Below are positions 38,781 through 49,270 of a stretch of DNA of 56,116 nucleotides, piece by piece (the first letter of the stretch is position 1; each line of letters begins with the position of its first letter). The notes under the pieces were generated by a model. That model had not been told where the DNA came from. It ran no database searches and saw only the letters and a program-made list of their open reading frames with translations. The translations under genes and the position numbers were made by a program. The stretch is from Alphaproteobacteria bacterium (GTDB taxonomy: Bacteria > Pseudomonadota > Alphaproteobacteria > SMXQ01): the NCBI GenBank assembly GCA_036396355.1, contig DASWKZ010000255.1:1-56116 (forward strand), in the 5' to 3' direction.

Positions 38781-41045
38781 TCAACTGCCGGTGCCGAATT
38801 CGCCCAGATGCTTGAAGATGACCTGGAAGAACAAAGTGTCGGATGGCTGAAGATCGCGGTCTTCGGTGAAGTTCCGCGTGAAAGACGCCTTGAAGATGAG
38901 GCATTCGTCCTGATACTGAAAACCGATTCCCTCCGCGATGGTACCACCATCCTTGGTAAGGTCCTCCGTAATGAACGCGCTTCCCCTCCACCGACGGCTG
39001 ATCCGGTAGTTGAGCCCGAGTCGCAATTCCTCGCGGTCCCCAAATTCTCCGGTACCGGCATCCTCGCTTATGAAGAAGTAATTGGCATTTATCCGGAAGC
39101 CGGGCGGCCCCCCGGTCAATTGAATGTCGGTCCGATTCGCCTTGGGACCATCCGGATCAATGCGGAAACGGTAAAGGAAATCGAGATACTCGCTCGGCGC
39201 GATTCTCAGCCGCCCTACCACATCGGATGCCTGATCGCGAAGTCCGGATTCCGGCGGGAAGATCGACTTCGATTGAAGTCGATAGCTTTGGCCGAGGAAG
39301 GCCTCGATCGCACCGCCATCGTTTCCATAGAGCCCCCAATTGACGCCATAGATGAAGCGTTGACCGCTCTCCACCCGGTCAATGCCAGTGAACCGGGTGG
39401 GCGAAAACAGATTGGTGTCGTCGAATTCGATATCCTGACTGTCCTCATTGGGGATCTTGTCCGGATTACCACCATTGGGTGCGATCACGACCGCCGCGAT
39501 GGGCTCAAGGAGGTGGGTTGCCGTCTTCTCCGGCCGGATGAAGGGATACCGCCACTGGAACATGAGTTGAGGAAAGACGCGTCCAACAATGCCGTCCTTG
39601 GTCTCGCCGCCCCCCGTCAGAACGTCATCGACCGAGTAGAGATCCGACTGGAGGGTCGCAGAAACGGAATAGAGCTCACCGGTCCAGCCGGTGAATGGCA
39701 GGTGCCAACCCGTCTTGAGTGACATACGCCGGCTGTCGGCTCCCTGATCTCGATATATCGAGCGGAAGCTCGTGTCTGCTGTGATGAACGAGCCGCTCGC
39801 GGTCGGCCTCGAGACATAGTTCAATTCGGCGAATGGAAGCACGAGAGGACTCTCCCCAGGGTCGTCAGTCTCGCGCAGTCCTTGAAATCTGTAGCCTGAA
39901 AGTTGGGCGTAACTCGGCCCCTTGAATCCTTCCGTATTGAAACTCGTCGTTAGGGTCTGATTCGACGGTACCGGAAAATCGTAAAGCCTGAGATAGGTAT
40001 CGTCACTGGCGTGTTCCAGCTGAAACTTTGTCCGCCAGATGCGGTCGATGTCGAATCGTCCACGTGCGGTGAGATGACCCCGCGTCTCGGATCCGCCGAT
40101 CTTGACGTCGCCCTCGCGGCGATCCGGATTTGTGATACTGCCTTCCACATCGAGATATCCGTTGGTGAAATGGCGCCGATACTCCGCCGCCAGCACCCAT
40201 GCCTCGTCGGTGTTGATGATCGGGGTAACGGTGACGTCCTCATTAGGGGCGAGTTCCAGAAAGAATGGGAGCTTTACGACGAGGCCGAACACCGAGTCGC
40301 TCGCATAGCTCGGCGCCAATAGACCGCTCCGGCGCTTCACCTTCGGATCCGGATGGGAAAAGTAAGGCGTGTAGGCCACCGGGATCCCAAAAATCTCCAG
40401 AACCGCATCCTTGTATATGATGTCCTTCCGCGCACCATCGTGGATGACACGCACCGCCCGGACACGCCAAAGCGGCGCCCGCTCGGGGTCGTCCTTGCAA
40501 AGATCGCATGGCGAGAAGACGGCCTTGTTGAGGGTGGTTACCACACCGCCGGTTCTCTGACCTCCCGCCGCGGCCAGGCGAGAGTTGTCCGTGAACAACA
40601 TGCGGAATCCATGGACGACGCCATCCTTCAACCCCTGCGTGAATTCCGCGTGATCGGCAAACATCACGTCGCCATTCGGCTCCAAGATCGCGACGTTTCC
40701 ATTGGCGGTAACGAGGTCTTGGCTCTCGCTGTAGATCACTTCGTCCGCCCGCAGTACCCGCTCGCCGTGTGCGATCTCGACACTGCCGCGGGCGGTGGCG
40801 ATGCCTTCGTTCTCGTCGTACGTGACCTCATCCGCACGTAATAGGACATATGGCTCGACAGCGGCTGGACCGTCGGAACCGTTTGCCGTTGGCGGGACTG
40901 CATCCTGGGCGTAGGTCAACAGCGGCGCGAGGAAGAAAAGGCATAGGCTCAGCATCATACCAATGGCGTGCTGAACATTGCCGGCGAGGCCGTGTCGTCG
41001 GCCTCGGGTCCGTGCTAGTACGAAGGCCCCTCGCACCCCCCCCAT
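38781..41045 (-). CDS. lptD: LPS-assembly outer-membrane protein LptD
   Basis: OstA-like N-domain (L.AD.V.YD......A.G.V.I......L.AD.V.Y), a large C-terminal beta-barrel rich in aromatic residues, and a C-terminal F. Confidence 0.9.
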   Translation of the reverse strand: MGGVRGAFVLARTRGRRHGLAGNVQHAIGMMLSLCLFFLAPLLTYAQDAVPPTANGSDGPAAVEPYVLLRADEVTYDENEGIATARGSVEIAHGERVLRADEVIYSESQDLVTANGNVAILEPNGDVMFADHAEFTQGLKDGVVHGFRMLFTDNSRLAAAGGQRTGGVVTTLNKAVFSPCDLCKDDPERAPLWRVRAVRVIHDGARKDIIYKDAVLEIFGIPVAYTPYFSHPDPKVKRRSGLLAPSYASDSVFGLVVKLPFFLELAPNEDVTVTPIINTDEAWVLAAEYRRHFTNGYLDVEGSITNPDRREGDVKIGGSETRGHLTARGRFDIDRIWRTKFQLEHASDDTYLRLYDFPVPSNQTLTTSFNTEGFKGPSYAQLSGYRFQGLRETDDPGESPLVLPFAELNYVSRPTASGSFITADTSFRSIYRDQGADSRRMSLKTGWHLPFTGWTGELYSVSATLQSDLYSVDDVLTGGGETKDGIVGRVFPQLMFQWRYPFIRPEKTATHLLEPIAAVVIAPNGGNPDKIPNEDSQDIEFDDTNLFSPTRFTGIDRVESGQRFIYGVNWGLYGNDGGAIEAFLGQSYRLQSKSIFPPESGLRDQASDVVGRLRIAPSEYLDFLYRFRIDPDGPKANRTDIQLTGGPPGFRINANYFFISEDAGTGEFGDREELRLGLNYRISRRWRGSAFITEDLTKDGGTIAEGIGFQYQDECLIFKASFTRNFTEDRDLQPSDTLFFQVIFKHLGEFGTGS

Positions 41046-41048
41046 TCG

Positions 41049-42137
41049 TCAACCATCCTCGATGTGCAAAAGGATGGTCAGTCCGATAAGCGTGGTCGTG
41101 GTCGCCGGTGTCCAAGCGGCTAGTGCCGGCGGGATCGTCGCGGACAGTCCCAAGGCAACGACAACATCGGAGAGAAAGAAGACAAAGAAACTGAAAAGTA
41201 CGCCGGCCGTGAGCAGGAGCGCTGCCCCTCCACGCCGTGCCATTCGCAAGGAAAAGCTGGCAGCAATCAGAACCATGGCCGCAAGCATGATCGGCGTCGC
41301 GAAAAGGGAGTACCAGTGGACGCGGTGCCGGGTCGCGGCGAACCCTGCCTGCTCGAGCAAGCCGATAAAGCTCGGAAGTCTCCAAAAGGACAGGGTCTCC
41401 GGCGGCGCGAAGCTGTCCTGGATCTTCTCGGGGGTCCAGTCGGTCGGAAGACGGTAGTCCGCCTCCTTGCGGGACGGCCGGTCGGGGCCGGTGACAAGGA
41501 CGTTCGTGATGCGCCAGGTCCCGTCTTCAAGGGTTGCCTCATCGGCATCGAGCCGCCCCGCGAAACGGTGCTCGGAATCGTACAAAAAGACGGTCACTTC
41601 CTTCAATACCATGTCGGCCGGGGCCATTCGAAGGGCATGGATAACGGATTCCTGTTGCGTCCCGCCTTGGCGAAGCCATAAGCCGCTCTCGGATATCGAC
41701 AATAGCTCATCCTGGCCCTTGAAGTACTCGGACTCGAGGCGCTCGTAACGCAAGAGCAGAGTGGCGCTGAACGGATTGAATGCTGCAATTGCAAACATGC
41801 CTACCAGAACGGAGACGGCGATTGCAGGAAGGAGAAACTGCCATACGGAAACCCCGGACGCGCGTGCCACGATCAATTCGCTGGACCGTGTAAGCTTCCA
41901 AAAGGCAAACATCCCGCCGAACAACGCAGCGAATGGGACAATTCGTTCCATCGTATGGGGAAGTTTGAGAATCGCGAGTTCGATGATCAGCGGAAAAGTA
42001 ATTTCAGGCTTGCCGCTCCCGCGGCGCAGGAACTCGAGGATATCGATAAGGAAGATGATGGCCCCGAGGGCAAGAAGCACAAGGCCAAATCCACCGAGAA
42101 ACCGGCGTGCGATGTAGAGCGAAAGCGTTCTTGACAT
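41049..42137 (-). CDS. lptG: LPS export ABC permease LptG
   Basis: MSRTLSLYIARRFL start typical of the YjgP/YjgQ family. The ATG at 42137 lies just downstream of the lptF stop. The upstream ORF extension overlaps lptF. Confidence 0.85.
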   Translation of the reverse strand: MSRTLSLYIARRFLGGFGLVLLALGAIIFLIDILEFLRRGSGKPEITFPLIIELAILKLPHTMERIVPFAALFGGMFAFWKLTRSSELIVARASGVSVWQFLLPAIAVSVLVGMFAIAAFNPFSATLLLRYERLESEYFKGQDELLSISESGLWLRQGGTQQESVIHALRMAPADMVLKEVTVFLYDSEHRFAGRLDADEATLEDGTWRITNVLVTGPDRPSRKEADYRLPTDWTPEKIQDSFAPPETLSFWRLPSFIGLLEQAGFAATRHRVHWYSLFATPIMLAAMVLIAASFSLRMARRGGAALLLTAGVLFSFFVFFLSDVVVALGLSATIPPALAAWTPATTTTLIGLTILLHIEDG

Positions 42138-42151
42138 GCCCGCGACATGTA

Positions 42152-43294
42152 TCATGTTGCGCTGGCCCCCGGTGTCGTCCGCTTGATGGCAAAGGGCGAT
42201 CGGCGCCTTTGACGCATCAGCAGCCATACACAGGCGATGATTACCGAGGCTGGAAGGAGGTACATGAATGGGACAACGGTTTCATCCGTGCCTGCGAGGC
42301 TATGGAGGCTCACGTTCCCGGCCTGGACGAGCACCATAGCGGTACTCGCCCCCACAAGGCGTCGGGTCTGTCCGCGGCGATTGAAATCACCCGTCAGCAG
42401 GGCGACCATGACGATGAGGACGAACGATGGCGCGAGCCAGGGGGCGACCAGCCTTTGGTGCCCTTCCGCAAGCAATTTCAGTCGAGACCGCGCATTCGTC
42501 GCCGCGTGCGGACCAGTTGTCGGGGCCCTGAAGAGTTCATGGATGAATCGTTCTCGTGGCTCCCGCCAACGCGGACCAGGGATATCCTCGGTGGTATCGA
42601 GGTCAAGCGTGTAGCGATCGAAATAGAGGATCGAAAGCTCCTCCCGCGGTCCTTTCACGATCTGGCGGTTGCCGTTGACCATCACGACGCGGGGGCCCTC
42701 GTTCGTCTGGACGAGCGCCCCGCGTTCCGCCATCATGGTGACCGGTGGCCCGCTTTCGCGCCGATCATGGATAAGGATGCCCAGGAGTTCCCCGTTGGGG
42801 GCACGCTCGCGCACGTAAACCGTCATCCCCTTGCCGATCTCGTTGAATGCACCCTCGCGCAGTAGCACCTGAGAATAATTGTAACGAATCGCATGCTGCA
42901 GATCTTTGAAGTTTCGATAGGCGAGCGGCATATAGTAAAGATTCAAGGCATAGCTGATGAGTAGCACCAGCCCGGACAGGATGAGAGCAGGCCCGGCCAG
43001 CGCAAAATGGCTAAGTCCACAGGTCCGCCAAACCACGAGTTCACTGTCAAGGATCATTCGGCTGTAGGTAAACGCCACCGTACCGAATAGGACGATGGGG
43101 AGGAGCACCGACGTATACATCGGCAAGACAAGGAAGGCTAATTGGAAAAGCGTGGATGCCGGGAGTCCCCGATTGAGAACCAGGTCCACGAACCGGAGTG
43201 ATTGCGACATCCATACAATGCCGGCAATGACCAAGACGGCGGTCACAAGCGGCCATGCCAATTGCCGCATCATGTAGCGGTAGATCCGGTTCAT
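42152..43294 (-). CDS. lptF: LPS export ABC permease LptF
   Basis: MNRIYRYMMRQL..PL start, YjgP/YjgQ topology, and divergent orientation from pepA, as in E. coli. Confidence 0.85.
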   Translation of the reverse strand: MNRIYRYMMRQLAWPLVTAVLVIAGIVWMSQSLRFVDLVLNRGLPASTLFQLAFLVLPMYTSVLLPIVLFGTVAFTYSRMILDSELVVWRTCGLSHFALAGPALILSGLVLLISYALNLYYMPLAYRNFKDLQHAIRYNYSQVLLREGAFNEIGKGMTVYVRERAPNGELLGILIHDRRESGPPVTMMAERGALVQTNEGPRVVMVNGNRQIVKGPREELSILYFDRYTLDLDTTEDIPGPRWREPRERFIHELFRAPTTGPHAATNARSRLKLLAEGHQRLVAPWLAPSFVLIVMVALLTGDFNRRGQTRRLVGASTAMVLVQAGNVSLHSLAGTDETVVPFMYLLPASVIIACVWLLMRQRRRSPFAIKRTTPGASAT

Positions 43295-43479
43295 TGGCCC
43301 CATTATATCCGGTGGGCATGACGCCGCCATCCTTAAGGCGGATCAGGCGCCGACAGCGGACTGGGTCGAGGCCCACACCTGCCCGTTGGCATTGGATTCG
43401 GGGGAGGCCACGGCTACACTCCGGGCGGGATTGGAAGCCCGTGATCGGATTCCCATAGGGCCATGGAGGAGGGCCGCGC

Positions 43480-44994
43480 ATGAAGGTGACGTTCAGCAAA
43501 CCCGGACTTCCAAGGATCGGGGCAATGGTGGTGTTTGGGGTCCAGGCGGGGCAATCGGCCCGTCTGACCACGACGGGCGAGGTCCTCGACAGGAAGTCCG
43601 GCGGTGCCATATCCCGGGCGCTGAAGGCGAGCCGATTCAAGGGAGAGAAGGGCCGGTGCTTCGTGGTCCTCGCGCCGGAACGCCTGCGAGTCAGCCGAAT
43701 CTTGGTGGTCGGGCTCGGCAAGGCAGGGGACATCACCGACCTCACCATCGAGGAGGCGGGCGGCGTGGCGGAGGCCGAGGTGGCCCGTGCCGGCGATGAA
43801 ACCTGTGCGATGGCTGCGGAGCCGCCAAAGGGCTGCAACCTTGGCGCCGGGGAATTTGCCGCCCATGCGGCATTCGGGGCGCAACTCCGAAGCTACCGTT
43901 TCGACAAGTACCGGACGAAGGAGAAGGCGGAAGAGAAATCCAGGCTTGCACGGATTACCGTTCTTACCCCGGACATCGCCTCCGCGCGTCGCATCTTCGG
44001 GAGGCTTGAGGCGGTGGCTCGCGGCGTATCCTTTACGCGCGATCTCGTATCCGAGCCGGGCAATGTGATTTACCCCGAAACCCTAGCCGCGCAAGCTCGC
44101 AAGCTCTCCCGTTTGGGGGTACGGGTCCAGATCCTTGACGAGAAGCGAATGAGGGCTCTCGGCTTTGGCGCCCTCCTGGGCGTTGCTCAAGGCAGCACCC
44201 ATCCGCCGCGGCTCGTCATCATGCGCTGGAATGGCGGATCGAGGACGGGACAAGGGGCCCCGCCGGTGGCTCTCGTCGGCAAGGGCGTCACATTCGATTC
44301 GGGAGGCATCTCCATCAAGCCCTCCAAGGGAATGGAAGACATGAAATGGGACATGGCGGGGGCCGGGGCGGTAATTGGCGTGATGTTAGCCCTTGCCGCG
44401 CGCAAGGCCAAGGTCAACGCGGTGGGGATCGTCGGGTTGGTGGAAAACATGCCGTCGGGCACGGCTCAGCGGCCTGGCGACATCGTCAAGTCCTACTCCG
44501 GACAGACCATCGAGGTCCTCAACACCGACGCGGAGGGACGGCTCGTCCTCGCCGACGCACTTTGGTATTGCCAGAAGCGGTTCAAGCCGCGCTGCATGAT
44601 TGATCTTGCGACTCTGACAGGTGCCATCATCGTCAGCCTAGGCCATGTGCATGCGGGCCTGTTTGCGAACAACGACGAACTGGCCGAGCGATTGATGGCT
44701 GCAGGAAAGGCCGTGGGGGAGAGGCTGTGGCGATTGCCATTGGACACCGCTTACGACAAGCAAATGGACTCCAAGGTGGCCGACGTCCAGAATATCTCTT
44801 CGGGTGGCGGCGCTGGGTCGATCACGGCCGCCCAGTTCTTGCAGCGCTTCGTCCGCGATGTTCCCTGGGCCCATCTTGACATTGCTGGAATGGCATGGTC
44901 ATCCAAGGATGCGCCGACGGTTCCACAGGGAGGGACGGGGTTCGGGGTGCGGCTTCTCGATCGCCTAGTCATGGACTATTTCGAGGATCGCTAG
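43480..44994 (+). CDS. pepA: Leucyl aminopeptidase (M17)
   Basis: VGKG.TFDSGG.S.K, DM.GA, and NTDAEGRL.LAD.L.Y (M17 signature). Confidence 0.9.
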   Translation: MKVTFSKPGLPRIGAMVVFGVQAGQSARLTTTGEVLDRKSGGAISRALKASRFKGEKGRCFVVLAPERLRVSRILVVGLGKAGDITDLTIEEAGGVAEAEVARAGDETCAMAAEPPKGCNLGAGEFAAHAAFGAQLRSYRFDKYRTKEKAEEKSRLARITVLTPDIASARRIFGRLEAVARGVSFTRDLVSEPGNVIYPETLAAQARKLSRLGVRVQILDEKRMRALGFGALLGVAQGSTHPPRLVIMRWNGGSRTGQGAPPVALVGKGVTFDSGGISIKPSKGMEDMKWDMAGAGAVIGVMLALAARKAKVNAVGIVGLVENMPSGTAQRPGDIVKSYSGQTIEVLNTDAEGRLVLADALWYCQKRFKPRCMIDLATLTGAIIVSLGHVHAGLFANNDELAERLMAAGKAVGERLWRLPLDTAYDKQMDSKVADVQNISSGGGAGSITAAQFLQRFVRDVPWAHLDIAGMAWSSKDAPTVPQGGTGFGVRLLDRLVMDYFEDR

Positions 44995-45001
44995 CATCTC
45001 C

Positions 45002-45454
45002 GTGACCGAGATCTCCTTCTATCACCTTGAACGCTCCAGCCTGGAGAGGGCACTCCCGCGGCTTCTTGAGAAGGTATTGGCTAGCGGGAAGCGGGCCGTT
45101 GTCAAGGCTGGCTCTGAGGAACGCGTGGAGGCGCTCAGCACGGCACTCTGGGTATACGAACAGGGCTCGTTCCTCCCCCATGGCTCCAGCCGCGACGGCT
45201 ACGGGCCGGACCAGCCCGTCTGGCTCACCGACGGGGACGACAACCCCAATGGTGCATCGGTGCTGATTCTCACCGACGCGACGGAAACCGACCGCATGGA
45301 GTCATTCGAGCGCTGCCTTGAGCTCTTCGACGGGCGCGACGAGGGCACCCTCGCAAGCGTGCGGGCACACTGGAAGGCTTATGCTCAGTCTGGCCATGCC
45401 TTGACCTACTGGCGCCAAACCGCGGCGGGAGGGTGGGAAAGGCAGGAAATTTGA
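45002..45454 (+). CDS. holC: DNA polymerase III subunit chi
   Basis: FYHL.........LL.K....G.R.VV..GS.ER...L...LW......FLPHG. Classic pepA-holC pairing. GTG start. Confidence 0.8.
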   Translation: MTEISFYHLERSSLERALPRLLEKVLASGKRAVVKAGSEERVEALSTALWVYEQGSFLPHGSSRDGYGPDQPVWLTDGDDNPNGASVLILTDATETDRMESFERCLELFDGRDEGTLASVRAHWKAYAQSGHALTYWRQTAAGGWERQEI

Positions 45455-45492
45455 TCCTGCAATCATTCGCGGAAGCGGGAGGCAGCCGTCAC

Positions 45493-45521
45493 TTGCCCTT
45501 GCCCCGCGATCCGTCTATAAG
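45493..45521 (+). promoter_or_regulatory. Candidate sigma70-type promoter for ndk (TTGCCC-N17-TATAAG)
   Basis: Read directly: TTGCCC at 45493-45498, a 17-nt spacer, then TATAAG at 45516-45521, 36 nt upstream of the ndk ATG. There is no experimental support. Confidence 0.3.
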
Positions 45522-45556
45522 GCCTGCCGCGACATCCTCAAGGAAGCTGCCAACGC

Positions 45557-45979
45557 ATGGCCATCGAACGCACCCTTTCCATCCTCAAGCCCGATGCCAC
45601 ACGCCGCAACCTTACCGGCGAAATCAATGCGCGCTTGGAGAAGGCGGGCCTCCGGGTTGTGGCCCAGAAGCGGATACGCCTGAGTCGGGAACAGGCGGAG
45701 CGGTTTTACGCGGTCCACCGGGAGCGATCGTTCTTCAGCGACCTGTGTGCGTTCATGATCTCGGGCCCCGTAGTCGTTCAGGTCCTGGAGGGCGAGAACG
45801 CCATTGCCCGGAATCGGGAGATCATGGGCGTGACGAATCCGGCGAGTGCCGCCGAGGGAACCATTCGAAAGGATTTCGGACAATCCATCGAGGCCAATTC
45901 GGTACATGGCTCCGACGGCCCAGAGACGGCGGAGCGTGAGGTCGCATTCTTCTTCGCGGATATCGATATCGTGGGCTGA
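45557..45979 (+). CDS. ndk: Nucleoside-diphosphate kinase
   Basis: ERT.SI.KPDA..RN..G.I, Y..H..R.FF, and NS.HGSD (active-site His). Confidence 0.95.
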   Translation: MAIERTLSILKPDATRRNLTGEINARLEKAGLRVVAQKRIRLSREQAERFYAVHRERSFFSDLCAFMISGPVVVQVLEGENAIARNREIMGVTNPASAAEGTIRKDFGQSIEANSVHGSDGPETAEREVAFFFADIDIVG

Positions 45980-46013
45980 TTCGCGAAGCTTCGCGGTACC
46001 GCCCCGCTTGCTC

Positions 46014-46136
46014 CTAGAGTAGGACGACCGCCATCAGCGCGAGTACGGCCGCCGTGGCACCGGCGGCCCAGAGCAGCAGTCTAACGAAGTTGCGCCACAT
46101 CTCCTCATGGCTCTTGTAGTCGTGCTTGTGGTCCAT
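46014..46136 (-). CDS. 40-aa single-TM protein resembling bacterial aa3-type cytochrome c oxidase subunit IV (COX4_pro_2-like); not in the supplied ORF track
   Basis: Reverse-strand translation: MDHKHDYKSHEEMWRNFVRLLLWAAGATAAVLALMAVVLL*. GGAG lies 10 nt upstream of the ATG. By my count, 35 of 40 codons end in G/C, like neighbouring genes. It has a His-rich N-terminus followed by one hydrophobic helix. Confidence 0.5.
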   Translation of the reverse strand: MDHKHDYKSHEEMWRNFVRLLLWAAGATAAVLALMAVVLL

Positions 46137-46211
46137 CTATTCCGGTCTCCCAGGGCTTGCCGACTCTCGGCCGGCGCGGGGTGGGATGATCGCGCCGGCT
46201 GACATGGGATG

Positions 46212-46877
46212 CTACGGCCTTCCTCCGTCACAGGGAGCGATCAGCGCCCGGTCCGGACTGGGGTCCGAGCCCAGAATACGGACGCGGTCGCCTTCGACTC
46301 GGACCCGTCCTTCGGCGATCATCCGGAGGGCCATCGGATAGATCTGATGCTCGACCGCGAGAATTCGCTCGGCGAGTGTCTGGGCGTTGTCACCGTCGAG
46401 GACAGGAACAGCACCCTGGACAATAATGGGACCAGAATCCGTTTCCGCACGGACGAAGTGAACCGTACATCCCGCAATTCGCACGCCCGCTGCAATTGCC
46501 TGGGCCTGGGCATTGAGTCCACGAAACGACGGCAGGAGCGAGGGATGGATATTGACCAGGCGATTGCGCCATGCCTCGACGAAGCGCCTGGAGAGAACCC
46601 GCATGAAGCCAGCGAGACAGAGGAATTCGCATCCCGCCTCGATCAGGGCGGCATTCAACGCGGCATCGAAGCCCTCACGGTCTGAAAATTCCGTGTGATC
46701 GATCACTCGTGCAGCGACACGGGCCGCCGCGGCACGTTTGAGGCCGGGGGCGTGGGGCCGGTTGGAGATGACGGCAACGATCTCGGCCGGGAAGTCCGGA
46801 TCGGCGGCGTGGTCCAATAGCGCCTGGAGGTTCGTCCCCGATCCCGAAATAAGGACGCCTGTCTTCAGACGCGCCAT
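46212..46877 (-). CDS. purN: Phosphoribosylglycinamide formyltransferase
   Basis: [24 protein letters not shown], and SG.TVH.V....D.GPII.Q. The ATG at 46877 overlaps the end of purM by 13 nt. Confidence 0.9.
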   Translation of the reverse strand: MARLKTGVLISGSGTNLQALLDHAADPDFPAEIVAVISNRPHAPGLKRAAAARVAARVIDHTEFSDREGFDAALNAALIEAGCEFLCLAGFMRVLSRRFVEAWRNRLVNIHPSLLPSFRGLNAQAQAIAAGVRIAGCTVHFVRAETDSGPIIVQGAVPVLDGDNAQTLAERILAVEHQIYPMALRMIAEGRVRVEGDRVRILGSDPSPDRALIAPCDGGRP

Positions 46878-47938
46878 GCCGAGTCTGCCCCTTCGACCAG
46901 CGTTCGACGGCCGCCATCCGGATTGGCTTCCACCAGGCCGATGCGCCATACGGTTTCGCCTGCCGTGGTCAAAGCAGCCGCCACCCGATCTGCCGCGTCG
47001 GGCGCAGTGATTACAACCATGCCAATGCCGCAGTTGAAGGTGCGGGCAAGCTCTTCCGCATCCACGGAACCCGCCGCCTTGAGCCAGCCGAATACCGGCG
47101 GGAGCGGCCAGGTACGAGCGTCAAGGACGACACGCATCCGGTCCGGGATTATTCGTGGAACGTTTTCGATCAATCCACCCCCGGTGATATGGGCAAGTCC
47201 CCTTATTCCGTTATCCCGCAAGGTTGTCAGCACCGGATTCACATAAATGCGCGTGGGCGTGAGGAGGGCTTCGCCCATGGTTTTATCGGGTGCGAAGGGC
47301 GCCGTGTCGGCCCACGCGAGCCCGTGTTGAGCAACGATACGACGTACTAGGGAAAATCCATTTGAATGGATTCCACTTGAGGCTAACCCGAGCACGACGT
47401 CGCCGCTCGTCACCGATGTGGGGTCGAAGATCCGGTCGCGTTCCACCGCTCCCACGGCAAATCCGGCCAGGTCGTAGTCCCCGACGCCGTACATTCCCGG
47501 CATTTCCGCCGTCTCGCCGCCGATCAGGGAGCAACCGGCTTCGATGCAGGCCGATGCAATCCCGGCAATCACCTCGGTGGCCTGGTCGACGTTGAGGACG
47601 CCCGTTGCAAAGTAATCAAGAAAGAACAGGGGCTCGGCGCCCTGTACCACTAGATCATTCACACACATCGCGACTAGGTCGATACCGACCGAGCCGTGGC
47701 TACCCGTTTCTATGGCCAGGCGCAACTTGGTTCCCACGCCGTCGGTGGTGGCGACGAGAACCGGATCGCGGTACCCGGCCGCCTTGAGGTCGAACAGTGC
47801 CCCAAACCCGCCGAGTGCCGCGGCCGTTCCGGGCCGCGCGGTTGCCCATGCCAGTGGCGCGATTCGCCGGACGAGGGCGTTCCCGGCTTCGATATCGACC
47901 CCGGCCTCCTTGTAGGTTGCCCGCTTAGTGGGTTCCAC
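46865..47938 (-). CDS. purM: Phosphoribosylformylglycinamidine cyclo-ligase
   Basis: TYK.AGVDI.AG, DGVGTK, DL.AM.VND, and [12 protein letters not shown] start. Confidence 0.95.
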   Translation of the reverse strand: MEPTKRATYKEAGVDIEAGNALVRRIAPLAWATARPGTAAALGGFGALFDLKAAGYRDPVLVATTDGVGTKLRLAIETGSHGSVGIDLVAMCVNDLVVQGAEPLFFLDYFATGVLNVDQATEVIAGIASACIEAGCSLIGGETAEMPGMYGVGDYDLAGFAVGAVERDRIFDPTSVTSGDVVLGLASSGIHSNGFSLVRRIVAQHGLAWADTAPFAPDKTMGEALLTPTRIYVNPVLTTLRDNGIRGLAHITGGGLIENVPRIIPDRMRVVLDARTWPLPPVFGWLKAAGSVDAEELARTFNCGIGMVVITAPDAADRVAAALTTAGETVWRIGLVEANPDGGRRTLVEGADSAWRV

Positions 47939-48031
47939 GTGGTCTCATCCGTGATAGATTGCGCCCCGGCACGATAACCCAGCCGTCGCGGGACTGCGGC
48001 GGCAAAGATAGTGTATCCGCGACGGTTTGTA

Positions 48032-49270
48032 ATGACTCAATCGCATGCCTTGGAGTCGCGGCCGGGCGCGCGCGCGGGGGGCCGGCGGACGAGATTTGGC
48101 GCCTGGCTCGCGGCGGTGGCACTCGTCGGCTGTTTGGGCGCACCGGGCGTGCCACCCGCGTTGAGCGCGACCGACGTGTTTATCGTCCAAGGCGTCGATG
48201 TTGATGTGACCGCCGACACCGCTGCCCAGGCCCGCGACCGCGCCCTGGTTCAGGGGCAGGCGGTGGCCCTGCGCCGGCTGTTTTCCCGTCTTGCCTTGGC
48301 CGCCCACGGGGACCGGCTACCCGAAGTCGCGCCGGAACGCGTCACCAATCTGGTGAGAGACTTCGAGGTTGCCAACGAGAAGACCTCGACCACACGTTAT
48401 CTGGCCACCCTCAGGGTACGCTTCAAGCCGGACCCCATACGCAATCTTCTCAGGGAACACGAGGTCGGTTTTGCCGAGACCCCCAGCAAGCCTCTCCTTG
48501 TGCTTCCTGTTTATGGTGTCGCCCGCGCGCTCGCGCTATGGGATGAGCCCAATCCCTGGCGTGAGGCTTGGCTCATGCTGCGGGTTGCGGACGGACTCGT
48601 GCCTCTTGTCCATCCCCTGGGTGACCTCCAGGATATCGCCTCGATCGGTCCCGAACAGGCTGTCGATGGAAACAGGGAGCGGCTGAAGGCCATTGCAGCC
48701 CGTTACGGGGCATCCGACGTCCTGATCATGCGGGCCGAGCCTCGGACGCCGGAGGCACCGTCGGGTATCGACGCTCCAGAGCCCTGGCTCCAGGTAACCA
48801 TCAGTCGCCTTGGCACCGCCTCGCCCGAGCAAACACGGGTGGAAAGCTTTCGAAGGCAGGGAGAGGCCGACGATTTGGAATTCCTAATGAATGTCGCATC
48901 GCGCATTGTGACTGAAATCGAGGAACAGTGGAAACGAGACAACCTCCTGCGCTTCGATACCTCGGGCGAGATTTCAGTCGTGATTCCCATCTCTTCCCTT
49001 GCCCAGTGGTTGACGGTGAAGCAAAGACTCCGCGAAGTGCCTTTCATCCGACGGAGTGATCTTCTCTACCTCTCGAGACAGAGGGCGGCGGTCCGCCTCA
49101 ATTTCATTGGGGATCGGGAGCAGTTGCGTTTGGCTCTGCTGCAGAAGGACCTGATCCTGGAAAGGGGACCGACATCATGGACGATGCATCTCGATAGCGG
49201 CTGGCCGGCAGAGGGCCCCGAGCCTAATGGCGCATCGTCGATAGGGCGGGACAAACCGTCAATCCCATGA
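48032..49270 (+). CDS. DUF2066-like exported protein
   Basis: It has a signal-like N-terminus (FGAWLAAVALVGCLGAPG). The family assignment rests on its position (divergent from purM, upstream of a CDP-alcohol transferase, AI-2E permease and hda) and on general sequence character; I could not verify it by search. Confidence 0.55.
   Translation: MTQSHALESRPGARAGGRRTRFGAWLAAVALVGCLGAPGVPPALSATDVFIVQGVDVDVTADTAAQARDRALVQGQAVALRRLFSRLALAAHGDRLPEVAPERVTNLVRDFEVANEKTSTTRYLATLRVRFKPDPIRNLLREHEVGFAETPSKPLLVLPVYGVARALALWDEPNPWREAWLMLRVADGLVPLVHPLGDLQDIASIGPEQAVDGNRERLKAIAARYGASDVLIMRAEPRTPEAPSGIDAPEPWLQVTISRLGTASPEQTRVESFRRQGEADDLEFLMNVASRIVTEIEEQWKRDNLLRFDTSGEISVVIPISSLAQWLTVKQRLREVPFIRRSDLLYLSRQRAAVRLNFIGDREQLRLALLQKDLILERGPTSWTMHLDSGWPAEGPEPNGASSIGRDKPSIP

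Noticed and set aside
17000-45000. An apparent drop in GC content, compared with the first ~16 kb, in genes such as purF, surA, lptD and lptFG. I considered this as a possible sign of horizontal acquisition.
   Set aside because: This is a by-eye impression only and I could not compute it. The affected genes are universally conserved, sit in canonical syntenic order, and are interleaved with GC-richer genes such as radA. Gene-specific compositional variation is a more likely explanation than a foreign island. A sliding-window GC/GC3 and codon-usage calculation would settle it.
46034-46231. A 65-aa ORF (minus strand) listed in the track between ndk and purN.
   Set aside because: It overlaps the end of purN and has an Arg/Pro/Ser-rich sequence. 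A different frame in the same interval gives a much more protein-like 40-aa TM peptide with an SD sequence (46014-46136), which I prefer.
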